From a virus (Duplodnaviria > Caudoviricetes): DNA of 64,000 bases. Below are positions 1 through 9,641 of this stretch, one piece after another. Within the stretch, counting starts at the first letter, position 1; every line of letters begins with the position of its first letter. A model generated the notes under the pieces. The model was not told the origin of the DNA, did not search any database, and was given only the letters and a program-made list of their open reading frames with translations. The stretch covers positions 96,001-160,000 of IMG/VR virus record IMGVR_UViG_3300023048_000002; one strand, 5' to 3'. Both the position numbers and the translations under genes were made by a program.

Positions 1-2444
1 TTCATTCTGTGAATAACTCTTACATCTGAAATCTTGTTGAAACCAACACATTTATTGGAAAGAATATATGTCTGCTGATTTGGCTTAGCATCTAGGAAGA
101 ACATATTTCTAGATGAACCATAACCCGAATATTTTCTAAACATTAGTAGAGCATTATCGATAGCTTCATTAATTTGTTCTTTTGTCAATTCAACCGTGAC
201 GCTGACACTACCTAGCATATTTCTAATAGAATTATGTAAGGCTCTTCTTTCATCTGGTGAACCATCAGTACCAACGCCAAGCTGTTTGTACATTGGGCCT
301 GCATCGATGCCATTGTTGCCTTCTACAGGATCAGCATAAAGAACTGACTGTGTTAGTTTTGCAAAGATACCATCTGCGTCTGGAACAACATAAATGCTAT
401 GCCCACATCCATTAGCATTTGATTCGAAATGTAGGTATGGTGTGTTGTTCCAGCGTGGGTCTTTGCTTACCTGATATTTAAAACTTACAGTAGCAATAGG
501 CTGAGAAACAATCCAGTTCGTGCCTGTCCACTGGAATAATTCATCGTTAACGGTGTCATACCATAGAGTACCGATTTGTGGCATCAATGGGTGTAGAGAG
601 AATGGTGTTACAACCCAAGCTGTACCGTTCCATTCTTTCAACTGATTGTTCACAGTATCGAACCACATGTAGCCTACGTATACGTCGAATGGATCAGTAT
701 CGGAAATGATTGGATGAATGATATCCCAATCCAAACCATCCCATGTGTAATATGTCTTATTTGTTTCATTATACCAAACCGTACCAACTGGTGGGCGTGT
801 TGGATCATAAGGGAATGAAATGAATTCTCTTTCTACACAGCTATTCTTTAGGATGTATTTCAAAGTACCATCTTTAGGATTATACCAAACAACACATGGT
901 GGTAGATTTGGTGGCTGTGAAGGATCAGCAGTTTGCTGTAGAAAATTAGCTACAATCTTCCATTCAGTGTTCACGATATCCCATACAAACAATGAATCAA
1001 CAGAAGGAGACTGATTCCACCATAGGTCATTACTACTTCTATTGATTGGATCAGTTGGGTACATAGTGTACTCAACTTCAACCCAAGCAGTGTTTAAATC
1101 ATCTCTCTTATAGAATTTCTGTGTTTCTGGATTCAACCAGTATGTGCCTGTTGCTGGGTAATTAACAGTACCGTCAGCATTAGGTTCATCATAGCGAACA
1201 TTAGTCGTTAGATTCCATTGGCCTGCTGAGAATTTATACATCTTGCCATCAGTTTCATTTAACCAGAAATCACCCACACCTAGAGTGTTAGGGTCTTTCT
1301 TTGAAATGATAGCTAAAATATCGTCAAACTTTTCAGCATCAGCATTCCACTTAGCAAGCGTACCATTAACAGTATCATACCAGTAGGTATTGCAATCAAG
1401 AATTGGAGCAAGAGAAGGGTTACGAGTCTGTATGTATAAGCATAGCTTAATCCAATGATCACCATCCCATTCGTAAACTTCAGAGCCAGTAAACCATAAT
1501 TGTCCACAAATAGGCTTAGTTGGATCATTTGCTAGCTTGACGAAAGGCTGTGGACTCCAACCACCGGTCTCATACATGTACATGATGTCATGCAATGTAT
1601 CGTACCAGTATGTTCCCTGTGGGTGTGTTGTAGGGTCAACACCAATGAATGTAACAGGCTTTGCAATATTCTTGAAACCATCATAGAAATAAAGCTTTTG
1701 ATTTACTAGGTCAACATAGTACTGGTTTGCATTCGGTGGTAGCGGTGCTGCATAAGCACCACTGATTAGTTTAAACTCTTTATTGATAGCATCAACTAAA
1801 TCACTGTAGGTCTGCGCATCCATGCCTTTAATCTTCAGGAAGTAATCCTTTGAATCAATCTGCATATGTAATGTATATGTTGTTGAAGGATCAAGTCCTG
1901 TCATGGTGTTTAATGTGATGCTTGCGATTGAATCCTGATTTGGGAACAGTAGGATGTTCTGGTAAGCATTAAAGTATTCTGTATCCTTTTCCTCAGAGCC
2001 AGTGCTGATAGAATATGCGTGGACGCCTTCACGGTGATATCTGCCTACATTATCAATAGCGTAAGCAGAGATGTAATAGAACTTGTTTGGATCGACATCC
2101 GTAACAGTTAAAGATGTAGTCTTCTTATCATGATAAAAAGTACCGACAACAAGGGCTGTACCCAATTTCGATCCAGTATGCATATCTGGATCGACAGTTG
2201 GATCATCTTCATAAATGTTGGCATTCTTTGGTGATGTTGTAATGTAGTCTGCTGGTTTAGATGAAGCAGTAATCAAGATACCATCGTATGCCTGATTATC
2301 AACCGAACAACCATTTGATGGCGATGGTATGTTCCATGATACAGTACCAGTACCATCGCCATTGCGAACGAACTTTACAGTGATTTCCTCACCTTCTTTT
2401 ACGATCTGATTTGGTGTGTCTGCGTAGTTACCGTAAATTGCCAT
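1..2444 (-). CDS. Neck protein (T4 gp13-like domain) with ~700-aa N-terminal Trp-rich repeat extension; runs off left edge
   Basis: Not in ORF track. Frame from ATG 2444 (MAIYGNYADTPNQ...). Near nt 1-260 it reads IRNMLGSVSVTVELTKEQINEAIDNALLMFRKY, matching the gp13 LG..I.VEL..EQI...ID.AL motif. Confidence 0.75.
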   Translation of the reverse strand, partial: MAIYGNYADTPNQIVKEGEEITVKFVRNGDGTGTVSWNIPSPSNGCSVDNQAYDGILITASSKPADYITTSPKNANIYEDDPTVDPDMHTGSKLGTALVVGTFYHDKKTTSLTVTDVDPNKFYYISAYAIDNVGRYHREGVHAYSISTGSEEKDTEYFNAYQNILLFPNQDSIASITLNTMTGLDPSTTYTLHMQIDSKDYFLKIKGMDAQTYSDLVDAINKEFKLISGAYAAPLPPNANQYYVDLVNQKLYFYDGFKNIAKPVTFIGVDPTTHPQGTYWYDTLHDIMYMYETGGWSPQPFVKLANDPTKPICGQLWFTGSEVYEWDGDHWIKLCLYIQTRNPSLAPILDCNTYWYDTVNGTLAKWNADAEKFDDILAIISKKDPNTLGVGDFWLNETDGKMYKFSAGQWNLTTNVRYDEPNADGTVNYPATGTYWLNPETQKFYKRDDLNTAWVEVEYTMYPTDPINRSSNDLWWNQSPSVDSLFVWDIVNTEWKIVANFLQQTADPSQPPNLPPCVVWYNPKDGTLKYILKNSCVEREFISFPYDPTRPPVGTVWYNETNKTYYTWDGLDWDIIHPIISDTDPFDVYVGYMWFDTVNNQLKEWNGTAWVVTPFSLHPLMPQIGTLWYDTVNDELFQWTGTNWIVSQPIATVSFKYQVSKDPRWNNTPYLHFESNANGCGHSIYVVPDADGIFAKLTQSVLYADPVEGNNGIDAGPMYKQLGVGTDGSPDERRALHNSIRNMLGSVSVTVELTKEQINEAIDNALLMFRKYSGYGSSRNMFFLDAKPNQQTYILSNKCVGFNKISDVRVIHRM

Positions 2445-2445
2445 A

Positions 2446-3117
2446 TTATTCCTCGATTACATTACCGTTGTAAATCTTACCTGAAACTTCACCATTCAAT
2501 TCTTTAATAGTTTTCTCAGCATCAGAGATGGTGATAACTAATAGTAGATTCAAAACGTGAAACAAGGTGTTTGTTCTTTCTGTGTTTGAACTGAACATGG
2601 CAGAGTTGCCGATGGACATGATATTCTCGTACAAGAATTCAAGAGTAGACTGATGCCACTTAGAAAACTTGACAATAACAATATCAGGAACACCATTAGC
2701 CTTACAGATAGTGTTGAATGAAAAGATGATTTCGTTAAACTTCTTCACCATTTCCGCACACCATCTTTCAGAACTCCATGCATCCACATCAATTTCAGAG
2801 ATATCCTGACAACCGACAACGATTGTCTTAATATAATTATTTAGGATGTCACGATACATCTGCTGTTTTACAGGCTTGTTAGGTAGGATTTCCAAGTTAG
2901 GGATTTCGATACTTAATCTGTAATTAGCATTCGCAAAGAAGGAATGATAAGCCAACTTTTTCTTCCCATCGGAAGATACGTTGGAATGTGTTGCTGTTTC
3001 TTCTTTCTTTTCACCAAACAAGTTATGCTTGAAGTAGTAAAAAAGACCGACAGCAATAATTGTGGCAAGACCAGCTACTGCGCCGTAGTCTGATATTAGC
3101 CTAATGATTAAGTCCAT
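2446..3117 (-). CDS. Single N-terminal TM protein, candidate holin
   Basis: TM segment GAVAGLATIIAVGLFYYF plus soluble domain; TAAATA upstream; near lysozyme. Confidence 0.4.
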   Translation of the reverse strand: MDLIIRLISDYGAVAGLATIIAVGLFYYFKHNLFGEKKEETATHSNVSSDGKKKLAYHSFFANANYRLSIEIPNLEILPNKPVKQQMYRDILNNYIKTIVVGCQDISEIDVDAWSSERWCAEMVKKFNEIIFSFNTICKANGVPDIVIVKFSKWHQSTLEFLYENIMSIGNSAMFSSNTERTNTLFHVLNLLLVITISDAEKTIKELNGEVSGKIYNGNVIEE

Positions 3118-3177
3118 TGTTTCCTATAGTCCTGAAATTATCTTAATATTTATTTAAAAAGCCCTAGAAAGGGCTTT

Positions 3178-3504
3178 TTAAATTATTGATATTGAGGACT
3201 CGACCCATTTCTTAACTTTCGCATCATTCCAAGAAAAGTACATTACTTGATCATCATCGAAAGTAAGTATAACTTGAATGGGGGTGGGGTCGTCTTTGAT
3301 GGCATATTCCCAAAGGATTTCTAACCTATCCCTTGGTTTTAAATTGATATACTGCTTATCTTCATTATCTCTATCTTCTAATAGAGGAACCTTGCAATAC
3401 TTTGTAGCTTCATACATCTTCTTAGCTCGGGGTGCACCCTCACCAGCAAGCTTAAGTCTATTCTTAGTTTGTAAATAGTCTCTAAAAGACAAATTAACTT
3501 TCAT
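3178..3504 (-). CDS. Hypothetical late protein
   Basis: ORF with late promoter motif; N-terminal LSFRDYL. Confidence 0.6.
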   Translation of the reverse strand: MKVNLSFRDYLQTKNRLKLAGEGAPRAKKMYEATKYCKVPLLEDRDNEDKQYINLKPRDRLEILWEYAIKDDPTPIQVILTFDDDQVMYFSWNDAKVKKWVESSISII

Positions 3505-3566
3505 GTTTAGTTCTGTTTAATTACAAATATTTATGACTTATGTTAGACCAGTGATTCAAATAGGAC

Positions 3567-4016
3567 TTAGCCCTTTCTGATCATATCGGTAATGCGTTTA
3601 GCTCTAGCAGGAGTCTGTGTAGCCCATTTACTTTTCAACATATTATCAGCAGCAGCATTCCACTGTTTAGCTTTAATTAGTTTGATTGAATTTACAAATG
3701 TTAAGTAGCTACCAATGCCCATCTGGTATACATTATCCACGATTGCCAGTTTAACATTGTCAGAATATGAATCAAAATCTGGATAAACAGACTTGGCATC
3801 ATTAACCGCAGAATTGAATCGCTTAGCAAACTCATCCATTACCTGTGCATCAGTCCAGCAAAGATTCTTATACTTATTCCAATCTTCAGGCTTTGTACTC
3901 TTGATTAGCAAACAACCAATACCAATGGTCGGATAACCAAGATGATCTTTGTAAGCACACTTATCATAACCTTCTTCAGATTTAAAGTGATCGATTATTT
4001 GTTGAGTTAGTTGCAT
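3567..4016 (-). CDS. T4-type (GH24) lysozyme / endolysin
   Basis: EEG...YKDHLGYPTIGIG catalytic E-D-T; SKWATQTPARAKR. Confidence 0.9.
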   Translation of the reverse strand: MQLTQQIIDHFKSEEGYDKCAYKDHLGYPTIGIGCLLIKSTKPEDWNKYKNLCWTDAQVMDEFAKRFNSAVNDAKSVYPDFDSYSDNVKLAIVDNVYQMGIGSYLTFVNSIKLIKAKQWNAAADNMLKSKWATQTPARAKRITDMIRKG

Positions 4017-4107
4017 GATAGTTTTCTCATTTCGTAATTATTTATCACATAAAGAAAAACCCCTAGATTTCTCTAGGGGTTTTTTATGTTGCTCTAAAAC
4101 TTGTCTA

Positions 4108-5517
4108 TTAAACGAAGTCTAGGTTTACTACGTTGATCTTACCGTAGTAGTCAGCGCTGTTACCCAAGGATGTACGAGTGTCGGTTAGGACAGTCTTAGC
4201 ATAACGGGTCATCAAGCTTACTACTGGCTGCATTGTAACAGGGTTGATGATCGTACCTGTTGACATCAATGGGATGTATGGGCAGTAGAAGTAACCTGCG
4301 TCAGTTTCACCATTGCCACCCTTGTAACCGACAAGAATCTTGTCGCTACCGGCTGGTGCGGATGTACCCGGCTGAGCCTGATTCCATAGGTAGCTATAGA
4401 CCTTGATTGTACCGTTCAATGTACCTGCCAACATTGTGTTGGTTGGTGACTTGAATGAACCTTCAACTGCTGGTGCGAATACTGACTTTGCAGCGCTCTG
4501 TAGAGCAGAAACGATCATTGGAGAAACAACAATGAAGTTACCTGCGCCACGACGTGTCTTACGTGCAATTTCATTTGCTACAGCGTTAATGGTTGGACCT
4601 AGGTTTGCTAGACGATCACCAATGAATGCTGGTGCATATGTGGTACCGGAAGTTGCAGCCAAGTCAAACACGCGAACTGTACCAGCTAGTGCTAGCAAGT
4701 CGTTGATGATTTCAGCATCGATTTCCTGAACAATTTCTGCTGAAAGACCCTTGGTGATTTCAGTTTCAATGTCAAGACCGTGCTGGCTGTTCAAGTCCTG
4801 CATAGCTTCGATGGTCCATGAAGCCTGTAGCTTACGTGAAGCAGCTTCAACAGCCTGTGATACGACTTCTAGAGTCATCTTACGACCGCCAGTGCCTTCT
4901 GCGAATGATGAGTTACCACCACGTAGAGAACCACCAACTGGATTACCGTAAAGAGTTGTACCGGTTTCATAAGTTGTTACGTTTGGATCAGAAGCCCAAC
5001 CTTCACCAGTTGCAGGGGAACCAGTGATACCAGCAGGTGCGGATGTACCGTCCTGACCAGCCCAACCGAAACCGCTTGCGCCCGGAGCCTGTGCTACACC
5101 AGTGTTACCTGAGTAGAACTGACGGATTGGCTTAGCATTACCAAAAGCTTCGTCACCAGAAACGATGTCATAACCACCGAACTGTGAACGGGTTGGATCA
5201 TGCTGCATGCTTTCTTCGTACTTATAACGTAGGGTGAAAATCTGTGATACTGGACCTGACATTGGCTGAACACCAACGATTTCGGTAGCAATTGTACCCG
5301 GAATTACACGGCGGATAAGTGGTAGAAGAGTCTTACGGAAGTTCGCAATATCACCAGCGGCAATTGAACCACCTGATGCAGTTTCGCGAAGCATGTGAGT
5401 CTTCTGGTTTTCTAGAACAGCTTCGACAATGCCGACCTTGTTCTTTGGTAGACCTTCAAGCAAAGCTGACTTTGTTTGGGTCCAATTTTCGTTTAACATT
5501 TTTAGATCTTCGGCCAT
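4108..5517 (-). CDS. gp23: Major capsid protein (gp23-like)
   Basis: IRRVIP..IA.EIVGVQPMSGP; RKLQASWTIEA.QDL..QHGLD; FYCPYIPL; MTRY. Confidence 0.97.
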   Translation of the reverse strand: MAEDLKMLNENWTQTKSALLEGLPKNKVGIVEAVLENQKTHMLRETASGGSIAAGDIANFRKTLLPLIRRVIPGTIATEIVGVQPMSGPVSQIFTLRYKYEESMQHDPTRSQFGGYDIVSGDEAFGNAKPIRQFYSGNTGVAQAPGASGFGWAGQDGTSAPAGITGSPATGEGWASDPNVTTYETGTTLYGNPVGGSLRGGNSSFAEGTGGRKMTLEVVSQAVEAASRKLQASWTIEAMQDLNSQHGLDIETEITKGLSAEIVQEIDAEIINDLLALAGTVRVFDLAATSGTTYAPAFIGDRLANLGPTINAVANEIARKTRRGAGNFIVVSPMIVSALQSAAKSVFAPAVEGSFKSPTNTMLAGTLNGTIKVYSYLWNQAQPGTSAPAGSDKILVGYKGGNGETDAGYFYCPYIPLMSTGTIINPVTMQPVVSLMTRYAKTVLTDTRTSLGNSADYYGKINVVNLDFV

Positions 5518-5548
5518 GAGTTATCTCCTATAGTTGCCAAATTTAAAA

Positions 5549-6478
5549 TTAATCATTAACGCCTGAAAGTACTTTCAAACGGTCAATTGCTGATGCAGGG
5601 ATGCCGGTTGGAGCTACTTCCTTAATAGATTCTGTAATTCCGGTGTCACCAGTCTTAATTACAGTTTCTTCGACAATAACGTCTTCTTTCTTGCCTTCGG
5701 CTAGTACAGGTGTTGGAACACTTTCCTTCTCCGACTTTTCACTTACTTTATGTAGAACTGTACCAATCATACGTTCATACTGTTCTTCCAACTTTTCCAC
5801 TGGAACAGTCTTTAGAATGGTTTCCATGATTTCGCGTGAACGACCCTGAAGTGGTTCTAGGACTTCGCTCAACTTCTTATCACGGGCAACTGTTGATAGA
5901 GCTACAGTTGTTTCGTTTAGTTTCTTTTCTGCATCAGCTAACTTAGCTTCTGCTTCCTTCAACTGATTCAATGTTTCATTGCTATCAGCGAAGTTTGATT
6001 CGAATGCAGTGCGGAATGATTCAAAAAGGTCCATGCCGTACTTGATCTTCTTTACTTCAACGATATCGGCTTCTAGCTCAGCGAACTCTTCCTGTAAGCA
6101 CTTGGTGTTGAATGCGTCTAGCTGATCAATTAGTTCAGCCATGTCACTCTTAAGTGTTTCAGCAAGTTCAGCCTTGGCTTCAACTAGCTTGAATGCATAT
6201 TCTGCTTCAGTGTCACGGAATGCTGCGATATCATCATGTAGAGTTTCTAGACCTTCCTGAAGAAATGCTTCAGCCTTTGAATCTAGAGCGTCGATTAGGT
6301 TTTCTTTCTCTGTCTGGAACTGTTCTGTTAATTCAGCACGAACCTTAAGAGTAGTTTCTGCTGTAGCTACAGTAATGGCTTCTTCAAGTTTGGCCTGAAG
6401 AGCTTCGGTCAATTGCTGCTTAGCTTCTTCGTTCAGAACGTCTGTCTGTTCTAGTAGCTGTTTGAATAAGTCTTCCAT
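5549..6478 (-). CDS. gp22: Prohead scaffold (gp22-like)
   Basis: Acidic coiled coil upstream of gp23; start moved to ATG 6478 (AGGAG RBS). Confidence 0.85.
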   Translation of the reverse strand: MEDLFKQLLEQTDVLNEEAKQQLTEALQAKLEEAITVATAETTLKVRAELTEQFQTEKENLIDALDSKAEAFLQEGLETLHDDIAAFRDTEAEYAFKLVEAKAELAETLKSDMAELIDQLDAFNTKCLQEEFAELEADIVEVKKIKYGMDLFESFRTAFESNFADSNETLNQLKEAEAKLADAEKKLNETTVALSTVARDKKLSEVLEPLQGRSREIMETILKTVPVEKLEEQYERMIGTVLHKVSEKSEKESVPTPVLAEGKKEDVIVEETVIKTGDTGITESIKEVAPTGIPASAIDRLKVLSGVND

Positions 6479-6681
6479 TAAGGTGCTCCTGTAAAATGAA
6501 AAATTAATTGTGTAAAATTGCAATTATTATTTATTAAGGTGCTGATAATTATTGATAAATATTTTTAGGCATTATGTAAGTTATTGATTTTATTGATATT
6601 TAATTTTTAGAAATTGAATGTAAATTTTGAAAATGATTTCTAAGTTTATGATTAAATAAATAAAAAGACCAAGGAACTACT

Positions 6682-7350
6682 ATGAAAGAATTATCATTTA
6701 AAAATTATTTGATCGAAATGCCTGTCCCGGCTGATTGGGATAAAAAGAAATTAGGAGGAAGGAATTCTTTTGCCAGCCAAATTAAATATGCTAAAGAAAG
6801 AGCGCAGCAAATTGGTGCTGGTAGTTCCAGAGTTGCGTTCGTCGTTCCTTATGAAGGAAGACAGACAGTTTTAAAGATAGCTAAGAATAAAAAGGGATTG
6901 GCTCAGAACGAGCATGAGGCCGGAATGTTTTCCGACTGGTTTTTGAAGGGATTAGGAATTACTATTCCTATGATCGACTATGACGAGGACTCAATCACTC
7001 CATCATGGATTCATACGGAATTTGCGACCAAAGCGAAACCAACTGATTTCGTGAGAGCAACAGGTTTGACTATCGATAAACTTATTAAATATGCGCAGCT
7101 AGGATGTGGTAAGGTAAGACCTGCTGGCGATCAAGAAAAAGCTTGGTATCAAGAATGGCAGGAAAAGCTAGAAGAGAATGAACTAGCTAGTGGCCTAATT
7201 GATTTAATTGGTAATTATGATTTACCAGTAGGTGATTTTACACGAGTTGCTAATTGGGGGATTTATGATGGTAGTCCTGTGATTATCGACTTGGGTCTAT
7301 CACAAGACATCATGACTTCTCTGTATTCTAGAAAGCCACAAAATAGATGA
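6682..7350 (+). CDS. Kinase-fold protein with capsid-targeting-like N-terminus
   Basis: GAGSSRVAF, VLKIAK, NEHE, DFTRVANWG, IIDLG; starts MKELSFKNYLIE. Confidence 0.7.
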   Translation: MKELSFKNYLIEMPVPADWDKKKLGGRNSFASQIKYAKERAQQIGAGSSRVAFVVPYEGRQTVLKIAKNKKGLAQNEHEAGMFSDWFLKGLGITIPMIDYDEDSITPSWIHTEFATKAKPTDFVRATGLTIDKLIKYAQLGCGKVRPAGDQEKAWYQEWQEKLEENELASGLIDLIGNYDLPVGDFTRVANWGIYDGSPVIIDLGLSQDIMTSLYSRKPQNR

Positions 7351-7354
7351 TAAT

Positions 7355-7380
7355 AAAAAAGCCCGCTTTCGCGGGCTTTT
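7355..7380. terminator. Bidirectional intrinsic terminator
   Basis: AAAAAAGCCCGC-TTTC-GCGGGCTTTT between convergent genes. Confidence 0.85.
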
Positions 7381-7381
7381 C

Positions 7382-7609
7382 TTAGAACGTTGTTGGTTTT
7401 GCCACTGATCTTACAAGAGCCATTAGGCCAGTTTGTAAATCTGTCTTACCGATTGACACCCAACGCTTGTCAGTATGGTCAAGAGCTAGAAGCTCATTTA
7501 CTAATTCATCCAACACTGTACCTACAGTATTCTTAATTTTATTCATGAGGTCAATGTCTTCCTGTGTAAGTTCACGGTAGCCAGTGATCTGTCTATGTTG
7601 ATTATCCAT
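7382..7609 (-). CDS. acb2: Anti-CBASS cyclic-nucleotide sponge Acb2
   Basis: MDNQHRQITGYRELTQEDIDLMN and RWVSIGKTDLQTGLMALVRSVAKPTTF match both conserved ends of Acb2. Confidence 0.9.
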   Translation of the reverse strand: MDNQHRQITGYRELTQEDIDLMNKIKNTVGTVLDELVNELLALDHTDKRWVSIGKTDLQTGLMALVRSVAKPTTF

Positions 7610-7648
7610 AACTATTCCAATTATGGATTAAGTTTAACATGAACAAAA

Positions 7649-8395
7649 TTAATATGCAATCAACCCTTCAGGATTATTAATTTCAAGAAGAGATAACTTC
7701 TTTGACATTGCGCCCGTATCCAGATAGATGACATTCTCGATCTGTGTTGGATACATGACAGATACATGACCATGGACTACGTAGTCAATATTTTTTATCG
7801 GAAGAGCTTCAACATTAGCTTTAAGAATTCCATGCACCAATCCCTGCGTCACTTCCTGTACTCTAATCTCTTTATGGAAATCATTAAAGATATCGGATGA
7901 CCAGAGTGAACTTTCACCGAACTTGTCATAGTAAATCTTAAACATTTCCCAATCACTGGTAGGGACTTCAGCATGGACTAGTCCGAACTTGCCATTGCAT
8001 GTATCAATTTCTATAATATGAGGCAGCTTATCCAGAGCATCTACGAAGGATTGCTTCTCTGACTCATGAAGGTCTATGAACCACTGACCACCATGTTTAG
8101 CATAAGAATTTTGCCAACTCTTTTGCTCATGGTATTCCTTGACCATTTCCTCATGATTTCCCTGTGTAGAGAAGAACCAAGGCTGGCTCAAATACCATAA
8201 AACTTTGTGTGACTGTGGTCCGCGATCAATGAGGTCACCTACCGCGAACAACCTGTCTTTACTTTTATCAAAACCGACTTCTTTTAATAATTCCTCTAGA
8301 AGGTCAAAGAATCCGTGGATGTCACCAACTACGAAGTCTCTGCCTCCATTAGGGTTTAAAGAGAAGCGGCTTAGTCTCAAGTCGTATCTTCCCAT
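7649..8395 (-). CDS. Ser/Thr protein phosphatase (lambda NinI/PphA family)
   Basis: GDIHG, GDLIDRG, GNHE, HGH, DTGA. Confidence 0.9.
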   Translation of the reverse strand: MGRYDLRLSRFSLNPNGGRDFVVGDIHGFFDLLEELLKEVGFDKSKDRLFAVGDLIDRGPQSHKVLWYLSQPWFFSTQGNHEEMVKEYHEQKSWQNSYAKHGGQWFIDLHESEKQSFVDALDKLPHIIEIDTCNGKFGLVHAEVPTSDWEMFKIYYDKFGESSLWSSDIFNDFHKEIRVQEVTQGLVHGILKANVEALPIKNIDYVVHGHVSVMYPTQIENVIYLDTGAMSKKLSLLEINNPEGLIAY

Positions 8396-8459
8396 AATGT
8401 ACTCCTTAGGTATCTAGTCTACCACAGCACAAAGACTAATGGAAGTATTAGATTTTATT

Positions 8460-8849
8460 TTAAATAATAGCCTTCGCATATCTAATAACTTTATAAGGTG
8501 TTTCATCCGGCTTGCTCACGTCTACATTATCGTAAAATGAATAGGAGTATTTTGTGTACGCAGCGTAATCCATCTTCAGTGCCATCACGCTTACATCAGA
8601 GATTATCTCAGCAGCAATGACTTCTTCTATGCTAAATGAATGATCATAGCTTCTTCCACTGCACTCAGTGTGTTTCTTGGTGTGTTTATCTTCAAAAGCT
8701 ATCTGATCTGTATTCTGAACGAATACTTCCATACCTCTGCTATCGAAAGCGAACTTAGCTTCAGCAGACATCTTGGTAGATACAAGCTCAAGAATCTGGT
8801 TTATTGATTCCTGTGATAACTGTACAAGTTCTTTTGTTTTCTTTGCCAT
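8460..8849 (-). CDS. Hypothetical protein
   Basis: ORF with AAGGA RBS. Confidence 0.6.
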   Translation of the reverse strand: MAKKTKELVQLSQESINQILELVSTKMSAEAKFAFDSRGMEVFVQNTDQIAFEDKHTKKHTECSGRSYDHSFSIEEVIAAEIISDVSVMALKMDYAAYTKYSYSFYDNVDVSKPDETPYKVIRYAKAII

Positions 8850-8915
8850 GGTGATTCCTTACTATGTATAATATTTAGGCAAATAAAAAAGCCTAGCGAA
8901 AGCTAGGCTTCTTAT

Positions 8916-8991
8916 TGGCAGGTACCGTCAGATTTGAACTGACACTAAATGGGTTGGAACCATTTGTGCTGCCGGGTTACACTAGGTACCT
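8916..8991 (-). tRNA. tRNA-Trp(CCA)
   Basis: AATGG-TTCCAAC-CCATT; cloverleaf; CCA end. Confidence 0.9.
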
Positions 8992-8997
8992 ATAATT

Positions 8998-9072
8998 TGG
9001 AGCGCAATGTGGGAATCGAACCCACTTAATTCTGCATGGCAAGCAGATAATCAACCAATGACTCAATCGCGC
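8998..9072 (-). tRNA. tRNA-Gly(GCC)
   Basis: TCTGC-TTGCCAT-GCAGA. Confidence 0.9.
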
Positions 9073-9073
9073 A

Positions 9074-9271
9074 TTAATCAGTTTGAACAATATTAATTTT
9101 TACTTTAGACATTGAAGCTAATATCAAAATCTTATTTTTCGGAAATGCTTCTTGCATTCTGTCTTTTGTTGACTTTATATACCCTTCTCTAAATGGTTGT
9201 GGCATACGATCAACATCAATTTCAACAACTAAAACATCTTTTTCTTTTACTGCAAAAACTTCCATTTTCAT
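9074..9271 (-). CDS. Small protein resembling a gp20 portal segment
   Basis: VVEIDVDRMPQPFREGYIKS resembles portal motif F.IDVG.MP...AE.Y. Confidence 0.55.
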   Translation of the reverse strand: MKMEVFAVKEKDVLVVEIDVDRMPQPFREGYIKSTKDRMQEAFPKNKILILASMSKVKINIVQTD

Positions 9272-9313
9272 ATCCTATTTATTAATATTTAGGACTGAAA
9301 ATAAATCATGAAT

Positions 9314-9389
9314 TGGTGGAGCCTATCGGGTTCGAACCGATGACCTACACGGTGCAAGCGTGTCGCTCTCCCAACTGAGCTAAGGCCCC
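9314..9389 (-). tRNA. tRNA-Ala(TGC)
   Basis: GGGGCCTTAGCTCAG; G3:U70; loop CTTGCAC. Confidence 0.95.
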
Positions 9390-9515
9390 ATATTATCCTA
9401 CATTCAAGTTCTCAGGTCGTAGGCACCCTCTCCAAGTCAACACTTATAGTATTCAATTGGTGGTTGGTCACCATCTTACTTCTCTCTTTCAGTTTCAAGT
9501 AGAGAGATACTTAAT

Positions 9516-9589
9516 TGGAGTCCGGTAGGTGAATCGAACACCTCTACGAAGCTTTGCAGGCTCCTACATAACCAATCTGTCAACCGGAC
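9516..9589 (-). tRNA. tRNA-Cys(GCA)
   Basis: Loop CTGCAAA; U73. Confidence 0.9.
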
Positions 9590-9608
9590 ATTTGTTCTTG
9601 TTTCGATG

Positions 9609-9641
9609 TATTTATAGTAGCATCAAAAATTTTGATGTCAA
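9609..9641 (-). promoter_or_regulatory. Overlapping sigma70 and late promoters for Cys-Ala-Gly-Trp tRNAs
   Basis: TTGACA-16-TACTAT overlapping TATAAATA. Confidence 0.65.

Noticed and set aside
820-1528. Short ORFs 820-1014 and 1313-1528
   Set aside because: They lie within the long neck-protein frame.
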